From assembly GCF_000143415.4 (NCBI RefSeq), contig NW_003314314.1, positions 1,245,771-1,309,770 on the forward strand: a stretch of 64,000 nucleotides of DNA, in the 5' to 3' direction. Source of the DNA: Selaginella moellendorffii (lineage: Eukaryota; Plantae; Lycopodiophyta). This document shows positions 12,894 through 26,200 of this stretch, one piece after another; position 1 is the first letter of the stretch, and each line of letters starts with the position of its first letter. Under the pieces are notes generated by a model that had not been told where the DNA came from, made no database searches, and saw only the letters and a program-made list of their open reading frames with translations. The position numbers were made by a program, and so were the translations under genes.

Positions 12894-15800
12894 AAGGCAT
12901 CACTTCAATGCCATCAACACCAAAATAAAGCTAAAAGAAAGCAAGAGTGAATCACCACCCAAAGCTCTCTAGCAACCAAGTTAACCAAGACCAAGTCAAG
13001 ATCAGTGACAGCTCATTACTCTCATAGAGTTTAACAAAATGCAAATTGCAATTTGCCACCAAACATAATGCTATAAAAGAAAGGCACCTTTCTAGAAAAA
13101 GTGCAAGGGCCACTTTTCTATACCAACCAACTCTAAACTCTATCCAACTCAATTGTCTTAACTCCAAAAGTTAGCATCTCTTTTGGGTTGTATCAAATAA
13201 ACTACTTACTAAGGTCTAAGCTAACTGAAGTTAACTCCAACCCCTTCATTAATTTACACTAGCTTATTAAATGGAATGGTTTTCAAGCAAAGTGATCAAT
13301 AGATCAGCCATTGAAAAAGTTTAAGAAAAATTGAAGATTTTTTTTTCATCTTAGAAAAAGAATGACTCTCAATCTAGGAATACAAACTTTCAAGACTCAA
13401 CTAACTTCCTCCTACTAACAACTTCACATATATTCATCTCAACATAAATTCTCAAGACCCATAGTATGCTCCCCCAACGTTCGCTTAAACACAAGAAATG
13501 CTTCAATGCTCTTCGCAAAATGCCCCTCCTTCCCCCAACAAAATGCATTTCGGAGTGCAAGTCATTTTTTTAATTAGTGTTTTGGCTTTACATTGGATCT
13601 TGAAAGTGAATTAAGAAAAGTGTTACTGCAATGTAGATATCTGAAGCTATGGTCTTCGTAATCACTTGAAATAACAATGTCACTTCCACTAATATAAGTG
13701 CTAGCTTTTTTGAGCCGAAATTACACTTGCATATTACACTTTTCTGAGCCGAAATCCAGGTATGGGTTAAGTTCTTTAGGTGCTCACTCTTTTTCCTCTA
13801 TTTTCTTCCTCTTTTCTCTATTTTCTTCCTCTTTTCACACTTTTTCTACACTTTTTTTCAACTTTAGGGTCCAATTTGACTATAGGGTTTCCCACCGGGT
13901 TTTCCTCCCTGTCTCCAAACTTCCCACCTACCTCTTTTCTTTCTTTTCCACTTTGTTTTCTAGAGTTTCTACTATTTCACTCAGCTGCTAGCACTTGGCG
14001 TCAGTAGCTGGATGTACACTCTACACTCGTTGTTTTCATGCGTCTGGAGCCTGTGCGATCCATCGTGGTTGCATGTTAGGGCGTGACCATCGAGAGAGTG
14101 AGAGAGAGAGAAGGAATATTCTGAGGACCGGTTCTTCTGAGGAAGAAAATAGAGGAAAAAGAGTGAGCACCCAAAGAACTTAACCCATACCTGGATTTCG
14201 GCTCAGGAAAGTGTAATATGCAAATGCAGCCTCTTGATGAGATCCAATATGCTCCAAGGATTGGCCAAAATCGAGAAAGAAAGAAAGGTAAAAGAGGGGA
14301 TGCATTGCCCAAAAGTGGTAAGTTTGGAAATGATAAAAGATGGAGTGATATGGTGGAGCTCCAAGATGGTAGTGGCACTTTGAAAAGGTGGCCATTGATA
14401 ACCATTGGCCCGTAGAGTAAGTGCTGACCACTTGGAGTAGTTGGTAACCGGTAACCAGTAACTAGTAACTAGTAACTGGGGACCTGTAATCTGTAACTGG
14501 TAACCACCTGCTCTCGCTCCTACTCCTGCGCCAGCTCCAGCACCGATATGGTGGAGTGATATGGTGGAGCGTTGAGATGGGGTGGCACTCTAAGAAGGTG
14601 GCCAGTCTGATGTATTGAACTGAAGAAGTTAGCAATTGAAAAGGATGTCATAGTCGGTAAATGGAGGTGGCATATGTCCACTGAGTGCTGGAGTAGAAGA
14701 AAGTGGTTTTGACTTCTGTGGCCTTGCCTAAAGATCCACCTAGGTGCCTTGAGTGAACAGGTTCACCTAGTTGGAAGAAAGTCGCTCTAGAAAAGCTAGT
14801 GCGTTGTCGGCAAATGGTCGTAAGGATATCTCGGAAATGGCACATCCAAATGAGATGGTGTCATTTGCTGCTGGTGCACATATGTGTGTCCGTGGTATGG
14901 TGTAAATGTGACCTCAAACGGAGATGTGAATGATGGTGAAAGAATGAAAGATGCAAGACGACCATCTAGAGATAAGTGCGAGCAACGCTGCTGGAAGTGA
15001 TTGGTGATGGAACTGTGAGTGTAGATGATATAGAATGAGTGAGGGTAATGTGTGAGGTGTAATAATGGTAAGGGAAGGACCAAAGAACCTGGAACATAGA
15101 CCGAGCCAAACGAGGAACTTCCATACAAACGGCAATGCAGCCTGAGCACAAAATCCAAGGCATGGGCCATGGTCCAATGGAGAAACACCCTCTGAAAGTA
15201 AGAAAAGTAGCCATGAAAGTAAAGTGAAAGAAAGGAAGAAAAAGAAAAAGAAAAAGAAGAGAAGAGGAACGCCTCACCGGATGAAGCGTTTGAGATGAGA
15301 GTGGTTGTGAGTGTGTGGGAGCTCACGTCCATCAGCATCAACTAGCACATATGGTCCACCTCCGACGTGTCATTGGACAAAGTAGGGGCCGGTCTAGCGA
15401 GGGGAGAACTTTGAAAGTGGCATAAACTCCTTGAGTAGAACAAGATCGTGATCCTCGAATGGTTCAGCAGACCGCTGGTGATCAATGACTGACTTAATCT
15501 TCTGCTTGCCTCGAAGGAGATGTTCTGATGTGGATCATCGCTGTTCTTCCAAGGCAAGAACCTCCAAGTCATGTGCATGAAGCTTGTCCTCATCGCTAAG
15601 CTACATTGCTGCTGCGTATCAAAGTGAAAGTGAGAGTGATGGCACTTGGATCTCCACGGGAAGTACGGCCTCTGTCCCATAGACAAGGGAGAATGGGGTC
15701 GTAGAGATGGATGTCTTGAAGGACGTCCGAAAGGCCCACAATGCTGTAACCAAGTGCTCGTGCCAACACCTTGGGTGACCCTCCACAAGCTTTGAGATGA

Positions 15801-16319
15801 CTATCTTCAATATCTTGTTGCTGGACTCTGCCTGATCATTGCGCTCAGGATAATAGCTGCTGCTTTTCACATGCTTGACCTGCAGCTGCTGGAGAAGATG
15901 TTGCATCACCTGTCCAAGTAAGCCACTGCCACGATCGGAAACCAAAACAGCAGGAACTCCAAATCGGCAAATGATATACTCGTAGACAAACTTTGCTGTA
16001 GATTGTTGATCTTCCTGTCGCAAAGGGGTGGCCTCAACCCATTTTGTGAAATAGTCTGTTGCCACGATGATGTAATGTTGTCCTTTTGAGCTTGGTGGGT
16101 GAATCGGGCCGATGAAGTCAAGTCCCTACTAGAAAAAGGGACTTGGAGAAGTAATGAGCTAGAAAGGAAGATGTGGAACATGGCTCCAGGGGTTGAACTG
16201 TTGGCACTGTTCACACGCCTTTGCATAGGCCAAGCTATCCTGCTGAATCTGAGGCCAAAAGTAGCCATGGCGCAAGAGGAGCTGTGTTGTGACTCATCTC
16301 AAGAAATGCCCTGCACAAG

Positions 16320-17417
16320 TGTAGTGCACGTGGTTTTTACCCTTTATCCTATGGTGATTTACCATAGGATAACACCACGAAGTGGAACCTAAACCCTCTT
16401 TGTGCCACGTGACACATGCCACATGTCCAAAGGATAGTGGTGTGGAACCTGAGGTTCAAGGCCTTGGCCACTGAACGAAGGAAAGGTGCCAAAGTCCCAA
16501 ACATGGAGCCAAGGAGTGACGGAACCGAACCACGAAGGGACAAGAGCCTAGAGGGACTTGGAACAGTTCTAGAGCAACCTACATCCCATTGCTAGGACCA
16601 ACACGCAAAACAGAGCCAAATGAAGTTTGGCACTATTTCGGCATACTGGTGGCCTAACGCAAGGACATGGGTACTCCACCAGTTAGCATGGAATGGAACT
16701 TGGGCTTAGACCCAAGCCGGACACAAAACAAGGACAAACACATAAGTGAGAACTATACTATGCCTCAGGTTGGTCAGCCATGCCCGACCTACCCACTATC
16801 CCTACTATACATTTGGAACCCCCCACATCCCCCCCCCCACATCCCCCCACCCCCTCCCCCCCCCCCGTGAGGAACACACGCTTTGGGCTTTTACCCTAAG
16901 CCTCCTTTAGTATCAAGAGTTAGTCTTTGGAACAAGCTCGAAACTTACTAAATATGGAATGGTGCTAAATTGCGAATTTGGACACGGGACGAACACCATT
17001 GTGTTCAGGCCAATCTCTACATTCCGTAGATATGCCAAATGAGAGAATCTAGACACTTTCCATAAATAGCATTTAGGACTGAAATGAGACTATGGTAGAC
17101 ATGGTAAGCTATCATGTATCAATATTAAGGGACTAGTCTCAATACGCGAGGGTTATTGTCAAGCCAGTGCAAGACGAAGCAAAAGAGAACTAAAAAGCCA
17201 GGCCAAGTATGTTTGGCTGAATAGACACTTAGGAATTCCGTCCTTATGCTCATCTGGCCAAGTATAGATGCAAAGTCTAGTTTATTAACACTTGAACAAG
17301 AGGGGCTGATAAAGAGTCCAGCAATACCAACCTCCTGCCATCATAGCAGTAAGGAAAGAGTGTTCGTAAGGATTAATTGAAAACTAGTTTTTGATACCCG
17401 AAGTCACATTTGCAACA
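16320..17417 (-). mobile_element. Solo LTR, family A, inserted in the integrase zinc-finger region of element F
   Basis: Matches 2001-3145; exact ACAAG TSD (16315-16319 / 17418-17422). Confidence 0.92.
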
Positions 17418-18592
17418 ACAAGAGTGAAAAGCACGAAGGAGCTCAGAGACCTCGTGTTCCCCACATACCGCAACAAAACTTCCTAAGAAGTCCTCCTGTA
17501 AAGGTGTCCGTCGAGAAGGCAAAACCCCCGTGCTCGGATCTCCAATGCCTTTTGTTGTACTAGTGAGGAATCGGTTGAGAACTGATCTGAATCTAGGTAC
17601 ACTGCAATGTCCTGTAATGCTGCTGGGACCACAAAGGAAGTAGCTTCAACAACCAGGAACTCGCTTGGATCCATCACACACTTCCGCCGCATGTGAAATG
17701 TTGGCTGGAACTCTTGGATGGTCACAATCCAAGATAAAGTATGAGGACTGTGAATCGGTCACTGTAAAAGAAAGGTTAGCACATTAAAATAGATGTGGAA
17801 ATGGATACGGGCTCAGAGAAGTCAGCTATTTTGTTCTCCGCAGAATCAATCATCCAAACTCCAATGCCAGCAACCTGGTTTTTGGGGCAGAAAGCACCAT
17901 CAAAATAAGCTGTAATCATAGGAGTGCCCTCTTCTTCAAATAAAGATGTTGGGGACACCACATCCAGCAAGACAATCTCTGGCAAGTCAAGCAAGAACGT
18001 TGTTGTTGGATCCGGAGTCTTTGTTTGTTGTTCTCTTTTCTTCTGATGCTCTGAGTGCTCAATGTCCAATGCAAAGACTATAGCCAGGTACTCCATAAGT
18101 GAAGGAAGGTCCTCCACCGAAGTCCAGTTCAAGTCTGGTCCTAAAGATTTAGTGTAATACCCTTGGATCTGTACCAGGGGCACCATGGTAGGAAATTCTG
18201 AACTCAAAGAGCTATAACTCGCATGCAGCACGTCCCATTGGCTTGATTCTTCCTGCCAATTTTGTGTCTAGATGTCATCTTCTGTCTCCAAGAAACAGCA
18301 TGACAAAATACGCTTGGGGTTGTCAACTACCACGATTTTAGTAGGAAGATGCTGGCTGTGTGACACCTCAGATAGTTGGTGAGGAGAATTGAGTTCAGCT
18401 GTGTCTTGTGAAATATGGGCCTGGTCTGGAGTGACTGTCATCTAGCTCCATAAGAGAGAGTTGATCCCATGCAAGAAACGAGTCAAGAAGCCCTTGCTCT
18501 ATCAAGAAACACTCCGAAAAGCTGGATATGGGAGCCCGTACCCTATAAGCCCTGCCATCAAATAAAGAGGGTGTGGCGAAGGGCTCGGCTTT

Positions 18593-18709
18593 TGTTAGGC
18601 ACCAGGTCAAGATAATAGGATAAGGAAAGGGCCCTGCAATCAAGTGATCACCCTTTTAGCCAGTTGGCTTAGGGTGTAAGGGATAGGATCCTAACAATGG
18701 TATCAGAGC
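18593..18709 (+). mobile_element. Short LTR-like sequence (family G, 104 bp) plus tRNA-iMet PBS; second copy at ~20889-21016
   Basis: TGTTAGG...CCTAACA termini followed by ATGGTATCAGAGC; the repeated copy is followed by ATGGTATCGGAGC. Confidence 0.6.
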
Positions 18710-18785
18710 CCAGTTTGATTCTCGTGGCTGACGAGTGGGGCAGGAATATTCTGAAGGAATATTCAACATAGTGAATCTAGAGGGT

Positions 18786-20458
18786 GAAAACTCATCAAGT
18801 ACATCCCGTACTGCTGCTTCTCCCCCACACGTGCCTTGGTCCCCCAAGTCACGAACAAACAGCAAGTAGCTTGAAAGTGCTTTTCCATTACGACAAGCCC
18901 GCTTCAAAGATGTAGCAGAGAGCATAACAACTGGTGGTTGAACGCCCTCGCCAAACCACACATCTTTAACGCCACCATACTCCAGCAAGATACGCTTAAT
19001 GCTCCACTTTATCTTTGGATCCACCTTCACCAACCATGGCATTCCAAGAATGAGATCCACACGATGGATATCCGCGAGATAAAAAGTCTCCACAAGTGTG
19101 GTTTTGCCAACCAACACTTCCAGCCCCTCGACACAAGCATCGAAATGCTGAGCAGAGGTAGCTGCAGCTTCCACTGTGTATGGAAGAACTCCACGTGTGT
19201 TCAGGCGATGCTCCGCAACAAACTTTGCCGAAACAAAGTTGTCATCGCTCCCACTATCCAGTAAAATCTGCACTGGATCGCCACGGAACACGCCCTCCAG
19301 CATTAAAGCTGATTCACGCGTATCCTCAAGCTCCATCTTGTTCCAAACACAATTGAGTTGACGAGCAACGATTGAAAGTCTCTTCCTCTGACCGGAATGG
19401 TTGTTCTCGTCATCCTCACGCTGTAAAGCTTGCAACTTTTTAGTAGCTGACTTACCGTGAGAAGATGATTGGCCATTCTTCTTGTCCTGCTGCTTGTTCT
19501 TCAACTGCGAAAAATCAGCCTTGTAGTGTCCAAGTTCGCCGCAATGATGACAACCTTGTCTATAATTCTTCACAAAGAACTTCTGCTTCTTGGACCCCTT
19601 TGCATCTGAAGTAGTCACCACCGACTTCAACCTGTGATGCTTGTTCCCATCCTTGTGTCCACAGCGATCATCACGACGATTCTCGACAGAAGGACCCCGC
19701 GAACGCTTGCGAGACTTGTGCTTGTCATTGTCAAGTTGATGAGCCGCATCAAAGAGCTCCTCCAAACTCTTTATAGGCTGAGAATGACGCAAGTGTTGCC
19801 GCATGCTCTCACTATGTAGGCCATCAATGAAGTAGGACTTGTTCTGATCTGGATCCTTCGTTGGAACACGACTAATCAAGCGAGTAAGCTTCTCAATATA
19901 ATCCCCGAGTGTCATTTTCCCTTGCTAGAAATGTCAAAGTTCTGTACGAGCATTCTCCACATCGTAATGAGGGGCAAAACGTAAATGGAAAGCAGCCTCA
20001 AACTCATCCATGGTAGACACTGGTGGTTTCTTATCCGCAACACAGGACTCCTCAAGCCAATTCCACCATCGAAGACCCGCATCACACAAAACCATCAGAA
20101 TAGCCACTAAAGCCTCTGCATCTGGAGTTCCTCTAGCAGCCAAGAACTTCTTCACATTGGCTAGCCAAGCGAGACACTCGTCCACACCACCATCACCGGA
20201 AAAAGTTGGAATCTTGAGTCGATCTACCAAAGAAGGCTTACTTGGAGCACTACCCCGTCCAGCCTCGAGTGCCTCAACACGCCTACGCATGGTATCCATC
20301 ATGCCATGCATCTCGTCTTGCATCTCTTGCTGGTTTTTATTAAGGGCTCGCAGCTCATGAACCACATCTTGAATGGTCCAAATCTCCGCAGCTTCGTCAG
20401 CACCATCGTCGGCACCACCATCGACGATAGGATTCCAGCGTTCAACTTGGTCGGCCAT
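18786..20458 (-). pseudogene. Family C gypsy gag-zinc knuckle-protease, one frame with two premature stops; PBS at ~20470-20481 and partial LTR at 20483-20572
   Basis: LKIPTFSGD..LRWW gag motif, CHHCGELGH knuckle, LLDSGSDDNF and LILGMPWL protease. ORFs 19934-20500 and 18656-19915 are in the same frame, separated by TGA CAT TTC TAG. Confidence 0.88.
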
Positions 20459-20591
20459 CGCAACCAACTCCTCTAATACCAATGTTATGATCCGGCGCAA
20501 AAAGACAAAGATCTAGTTGCCTTAGACTATGCTATGCCACCTCTTGAGGTTCCTCACCACCCAACCACCCCCGAGAGTTTTTTGATGAGTT

Positions 20592-20895
20592 TACTTGATG
20601 AGTTTTCTGATGTTTTTCCATCTGAACTTCCTCATGGATTGCCTCCATTACGAGGTGTGGAGCATGGGATTACATTGGAGCCGGGGACGCGGCCAATTTA
20701 CCGGCGTCCATTTCGGTTAAGTTATGCGGAGGAGCAAGAAGTTCAACGACAAATCAAGGAGTTACTTGAGTTTGGATTCATTCAGCCAAGTAAGTCTCCA
20801 TTTGGTGCTTCGGTCTTGCTTGTGAAGAAGAAGGACGGTTCAATGCGAATGTGTATTGACTACCGCGCTTTGAACAAGAAGACAGTGAAGGATAA
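20592..20895 (+). pseudogene. Gypsy reverse transcriptase N-terminal fragment
   Basis: [61 protein letters not shown]. Confidence 0.9.
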
Positions 20896-21593
20896 GGAAA
20901 GGGCCCTGAAGCTCTATTTCGTTAAAGTGGGATTAAAGGCTGCAATCAAGTGATCACCCCTTTAGCCAGTTGGCTTAGGGTGTAAGGGATAGGATCCTAA
21001 CAATGGTATCGGAGCCACGTATCCTAATCTTTACTCTCAAATAAAGAGAGTGAAGTTGAGAGATGTCTCGGGCTATCTGACTCACCTCCAACCATGTCAA
21101 TCGCATTGCATGAGAAAGCATCAGTCATATAGATGGTCGATTCCACCACCAACTCGGGAAAAACCTCTATGAGCTCAAGAGGAAAGTATAGTGTGGAGGC
21201 CATTTTAGTTTGAGCCTGTTGGGCTTGCTGAGAAAGAGCTCTGCCGTGGTTGTTGAGAAAGGCGGCACTGTGGGTTCCATCGCTAATTTCCATCTTGCCT
21301 TGTGTGCTGCCAATGGTGCAATGGGCTATACCTTGCCATGAACGGCCAAGGATGATAGAGTCCTTCAAAGAGGGTGTTACAAGACGTTGGTAGTTAACCA
21401 CAAGGAAATCCACCTCAGAAATAACACTTTGCACAGAGACCTTGACACCACAGCAAATGCCTACTGGAGGAACAGTGTGGTTAGCGAAGGTCTTGAGCAT
21501 GTAGAGGAACTCTCAGTGATCTATAGCTGTGCTGAAAGGGCAGTTTTGAGAGAGATAATGTTGCTTCCAAAACTAGAATCAACCAAAACATCC

Positions 21594-23222
21594 TGTAAGC
21601 GACTCCATTTTTCCATTCTACTTTAGTCACTTAACCACACCTCCAACCACTTGGAGGAGTCTCATTTACAACCTCTATAAGTCCCACTCAGGACTTGGGG
21701 CTTGCTAGCCCCAAGAATGGCATCCATGCCACTCAACCTTTGCACATGGTCCTAGTGCTCCACGTGTCCGGTCCCATGACCGACACCCCAAGGCACCACT
21801 AATGTACCAGCCTGTTACGCTAGGCCATGCCCAATCACCTTGGTCACATCGGTGGTCCAACACCACCTGCATTGCAATCCCGTCTCTCCAAAACTGGGCC
21901 ATCCGTCCATGAGTGGTCATCCCAGATCCACTCTTTAGCATCCTTAGGATGCCCACATACATGGGGAATAGCCTTCCCTAATATCTCTTTTCTGGTCCCC
22001 ACCAAGTCCCTTTCTGTCCTTGGCCGTGTTCGCCAACACTGCCACTGGATTAGGGCCCACAGGCCCGAACACTAAGTCCCACGGTCCTCTGGGACTTCCT
22101 CACTACACGACTGTATCCTTGGTCCCTACACTAGAGGACTACTCCTCTTTCTTTCCACAGTCTGGGCCTTTGGGACAACATTTCGGAACACCGTGGCCCT
22201 ATGCGGGCCTCATGGGTACTCTCCGTGCCTTCCGGCTTTAGCTGCTCTAGCCATGGGCTTAGAGTGAGGTTCCGTTGAGCCACACCAGGTATCCAAGTAG
22301 GTAGTGCCACCCATACTTGGACTGGGAGCATCGGCCAGTCGATCTCCCGGGGGAACTAGAGCCGGCTCTTGAACACTTCACCAAGCTACCCCGCTTGTCG
22401 GTCCGTATTCACTCTAGTCTTGGACTTCCCAATGGTCAGTTCATCACCCAACACTGGGTCTGGCCTTCTTGGGCCAAACTGGCCTTTCCTGGCCAAACTG
22501 GCTCCACTGCAGTCCTCCTTTTACTATACTTTTGGAGCTCACCAAACCCCCCAGGGTCTAGGAGACGAACACTTTGGGTTTTCACCCTCTCAGACTCGAA
22601 CTCGGACTCGGACTCAGACTCGGACTCGGACATGGACTCGGACTCGGACATGGACTCGGACTCGGACTCGATCTCAGCCTCGGCCTCAGTCTCGGTCCCG
22701 ATCTTGGTCTCGGTCTCGGTCTCGGTCCCGGTCTCGGTCTCGACCTCGGATTCCATCTCGGGTCCTTCTCGGATTCCATCTCGGGTCCATCTTGGACTCC
22801 ATCTCGGACTCCGTCTCGGTCCACCTCGGACTCCATCTTGGGTCCATCTTGGACTCCATCTCGGACTCCGTCTCGGACTCCATCTCAGTCCACCTCGGAC
22901 TCCATCTCAGACTCTGTCTCAGTCCATCTCGGACTCTGTCTCGGTCCATCTCGGACTCTATCTCGGGTCCATCTCGGACTCCATCTCGAGTCCATCTCGG
23001 ACTCCATCTCGGGTCCTTTTGGGTCCCTTTTTGGAGCCTCGCCTATTGCTCACTTCATGCTCGTTCCTTGAGCACTCCGTTGGGAGTTCCACTCCCGCTC
23101 TCAACCTTTCAAGTCGGAGCTTTTTAGTCCAAACGTGTTACGCACATTTGGCTTTTGCTTCGGCCACTACCACGTGGCACCCTTTCGGCTCCACTTTGGG
23201 GCTTAGCGATTTGTGTCTCACA
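21594..23222 (-). mobile_element. Solo LTR, family B (1629 bp), inserted just before the protease active-site motif of element F
   Basis: TGTAAG...CTCACA termini with an exact CATCC TSD (21589-21593 / 23223-23227). Hexamer/dodecamer array at 22590-23015. Confidence 0.92.
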
Positions 23223-26200
23223 CATCCATCCTACAAGAGGAAGTACCAATCTGCACTAGGATGAAGAATGGACCAGGATCTCCACCATATCTTGTCATGT
23301 TGACAATGTGCACCTCTTGAGGAGTCCTCTTGAGAGTGCTCTCTAGTGTTCCTGACCGTGCAAACTCCTCTAAACGCTGGCCGAATCCCGGGACAAGACA
23401 CAACATGTCTCGGAGTGAAAAGGTGACGAGAGTGTCAACCAGTTGTTGAAGAACCGGCTCCAGAAATAAGAATAGCTATTGGTGAGATCTTAGGAGGAGA
23501 AGAGAGTAGTGACTTGAAGGGGAGCTTACAAGCCATCCTCTATGTCACTGGATCTAGTGCCAACAGAGATTCACTCTCAACCGGCGCCAGGGGATTTGTG
23601 GTAGGCTGAGCAGGTGTCTTCTTCTTCGCTTGGGCTCGAGTGGCTGTGGTTTGCTACTGTTGCCTATAGAGTTCCTTGGCTACCACAATTGTGTTGACTG
23701 ATGAGGCTAGTGTCTTGCCTTTGCTTGACAAAGGGGCTGCCTCAATTGCTTGTCGCTCCAGCTGCTCCTGATATGTCTCTGGCCCCGAGACGATGTGGAA
23801 TTATCAACGAAGGGATGCTGTTGGACACGTTGAGAAGATGGAGGTTGAAGCTCTGGGTGAAGCCTAAAGCAGTGCTGTGTGTTGTGTGTGTTTGTCTCCC
23901 AATGAGTCCACCAACGGGACTTAAATCTGCGTTCCCGAGCTATAGTGGCCTCTTTGCTCCACCAGCTCCTGGACCAGTTTGTCATTGTGTGATTGTTGCT
24001 GAAGAATGATCTCCTTCAGCTGCTGCATCTCGTTGGCAAAGTTCTCAATAGCTGGAGGTGTATGCTCAATAGTGACGGGCTTTGTAACAGCTGCACAAGG
24101 TGACTCTGACAGGGTGATGGCTTGGTCAAAATAAACCCTAGCAATCCTCAAGTCAACAAGAAGCTCTCTTTCCAGCTTCATGGCAAATGAAAATGCCTCG
24201 CAATAAGACCTGAACGTCTTCTTAAGAAGTTTTCGCTGCAAGTTCTCATGCAGACCCGCTGTGAATGTCGTGATCCCCTATTGCTCATCTTGGACCACTC
24301 TACGATCCCAATACTGCTTCCAATATGCTTGAAACCGGGTGATATAGTTAGGAACAGACTGGTGAGCACCCTACCAGAACGAAAAGAGGTCAACGTAGAT
24401 CTAAGTCACTGGAATCTGCCAAGGATGAATTGGACTCGGCCCAAGAAGGTGTTGTGTTGTACCTCAGCTGCCTTTGGATGGTAGAAAGTTTACTCCATAC
24501 CTTAGGGCCTTGAGATATGGTAAAAGGGTGCCAATTTGTCACACGTCTAGTTTGTACCGCCATCAAATACCTTGAACACTACAAATGCCCAGTCAAGGCA
24601 ACTGGGTTGATAGGGGCAAGAAGACTATAGGCTAGTGCTCAAGTTGCTCAAAGTTGCCCAAAATGCCTGTGATGAAAAGAAATAAGGGTCGAAATGGAAG
24701 GCGATCTAAGCCTCAAGCACACATAACTATATATCTGTAGGGTAACCGCCGAAGTAGCCGCCGAAGTAGCTGCCGAAGTAGCCGGTAACTGGTAACTGGT
24801 AACTAGTAACTGGGGACCTGTAACATGTAACTAGTAACCCCCTGCTCTCGCTCCTACTCCTGCGCCCGCTGCTACTGTCCCTGTTCCTATGCCAACTCCT
24901 GTTCCTGTTCCTACGCCTACCTATTCTTTGAAGATTGCTTTGTTCCCAAGGAACTTTTAACAAAGTTTAACCCAAAAGAGAAAAATGAGTCCTCTGGTCT
25001 CGATCCTTTTCCATTTTGACTGTTGGTGGGCTTGTTCGAAAGGGCTAAGCCCTGTTTACCCTCTATCATAGGAATTTGGGAAGAAGCCACCTCAATATTC
25101 CCCGAAATCCACAAAGAGGTAGCCCAGAACACCAACATTGCGGAAAAACATGTGCATGTCCGTGATGTAGATTGATACTGAGGCGCCATTGGTATTTCTG
25201 GAAAGCCTAGGACCAAGAGCACCTCTAGAAACAAACAGCACTCAAAACAAAGCCCAGAGGAGCATGAATTCCTACTACAAAGATGACCCAATCTAGCTGA
25301 AGAAGAAAATCCTTTTGCATGTCGCTAATTTGGCCAAATCTAGCTCCAAGAATCACCACTACTCATAGATCTAGGCCAGATCTACAAGCCCAAATGCACT
25401 ACTTTGAGAAATTGGGTTGAGGATCTAGGCGAGAAAGTGAAAACCCCCAAATTGTTCCTCAAACCGAGCCAAGAAACGTTGTATCTCCTCAAATACTGCA
25501 CGGCTTGATGAGCGCTATACCTTGCTGGAAAGAGGAGCTCCAAACCTATCCAACACGCTCAAGATCAAACAAAACCACCGCAAGACAAACAAGGAATTCC
25601 CTCCCAAAGTTTGTAACCAAAAGAAAAAGAGAGAAATGACACCTCAGAAAGTGCTGCACGTCACACCGGGTTCACCATTTGTTGGGGGAAGGAGGGGCGC
25701 CTCCCCCAACGCTCGCTCAAACACGAGAAATACTTCAATGCTCTTTACAAAATCCCCTCCCACCCTTGCCCTTGTGCCTTGTGGGGCAAGGGTTTTATGC
25801 AAAGAAGATGGGGAATATTCCAAGGACCAGAATATTCCCTTTCTCTCTCTCACTCTCTTGGTGGTCACGCCCTAACACCATCCAACAATCTACTTCAAGT
25901 CCTAACAGACAAACCAACAAACTATAGCAAATAAATGCTATAACCCTTTTTAACACCTCAATGGGCAAACCCCTCAAAAACCAAGGTACCAACTTAAGTT
26001 TAGTATAATAGACCACCATTGAGAATCTTAGTCAAAGCTACTACAATAGTACTACATGCAAGTAAACTAGTTTCACCATCAACCACTTTTAAGGTTGATC
26101 ATCATTTAATCAAGTAACTTCGTAAACATATTGCTCACTATCACATGGATATGATATAAAATCACAATGACTTGATCATCAATTGAGCAACACCACAAGT

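Larger units (their letters stand above)
14074..25877 (-). mobile_element. Degenerate Ty3/gypsy element (family F, Tat/Athila-like). 5' LTR 24537-25877; gag ~24500-23600; protease ~23300-21024; FDGA-type RNase H ~17930-17780; integrase ~17560-15340
   Basis: LTR TGTTAGGGCG...GTGTGACA followed by AATTGGCACCC (PBS-like). Protease DVLVDSS..IILGRSW; AYFDGAFCPKNQVAGIG; integrase HGYFWP..CEQCQQ, GLDFIGPI, ATDYFTKWVEA, VSDRGS, TPFSLVYG. 3' LTR remnants are scrambled at 13470-14540. Confidence 0.8.

Noticed and set aside
22317-23264. Long ORFs with SD/RD/SR/LG dipeptide repeats (also 1534-1979, 11796-12110, 47616-48359)
   Set aside because: They are by-products of the hexamer arrays inside LTRs and are open in several frames on both strands.
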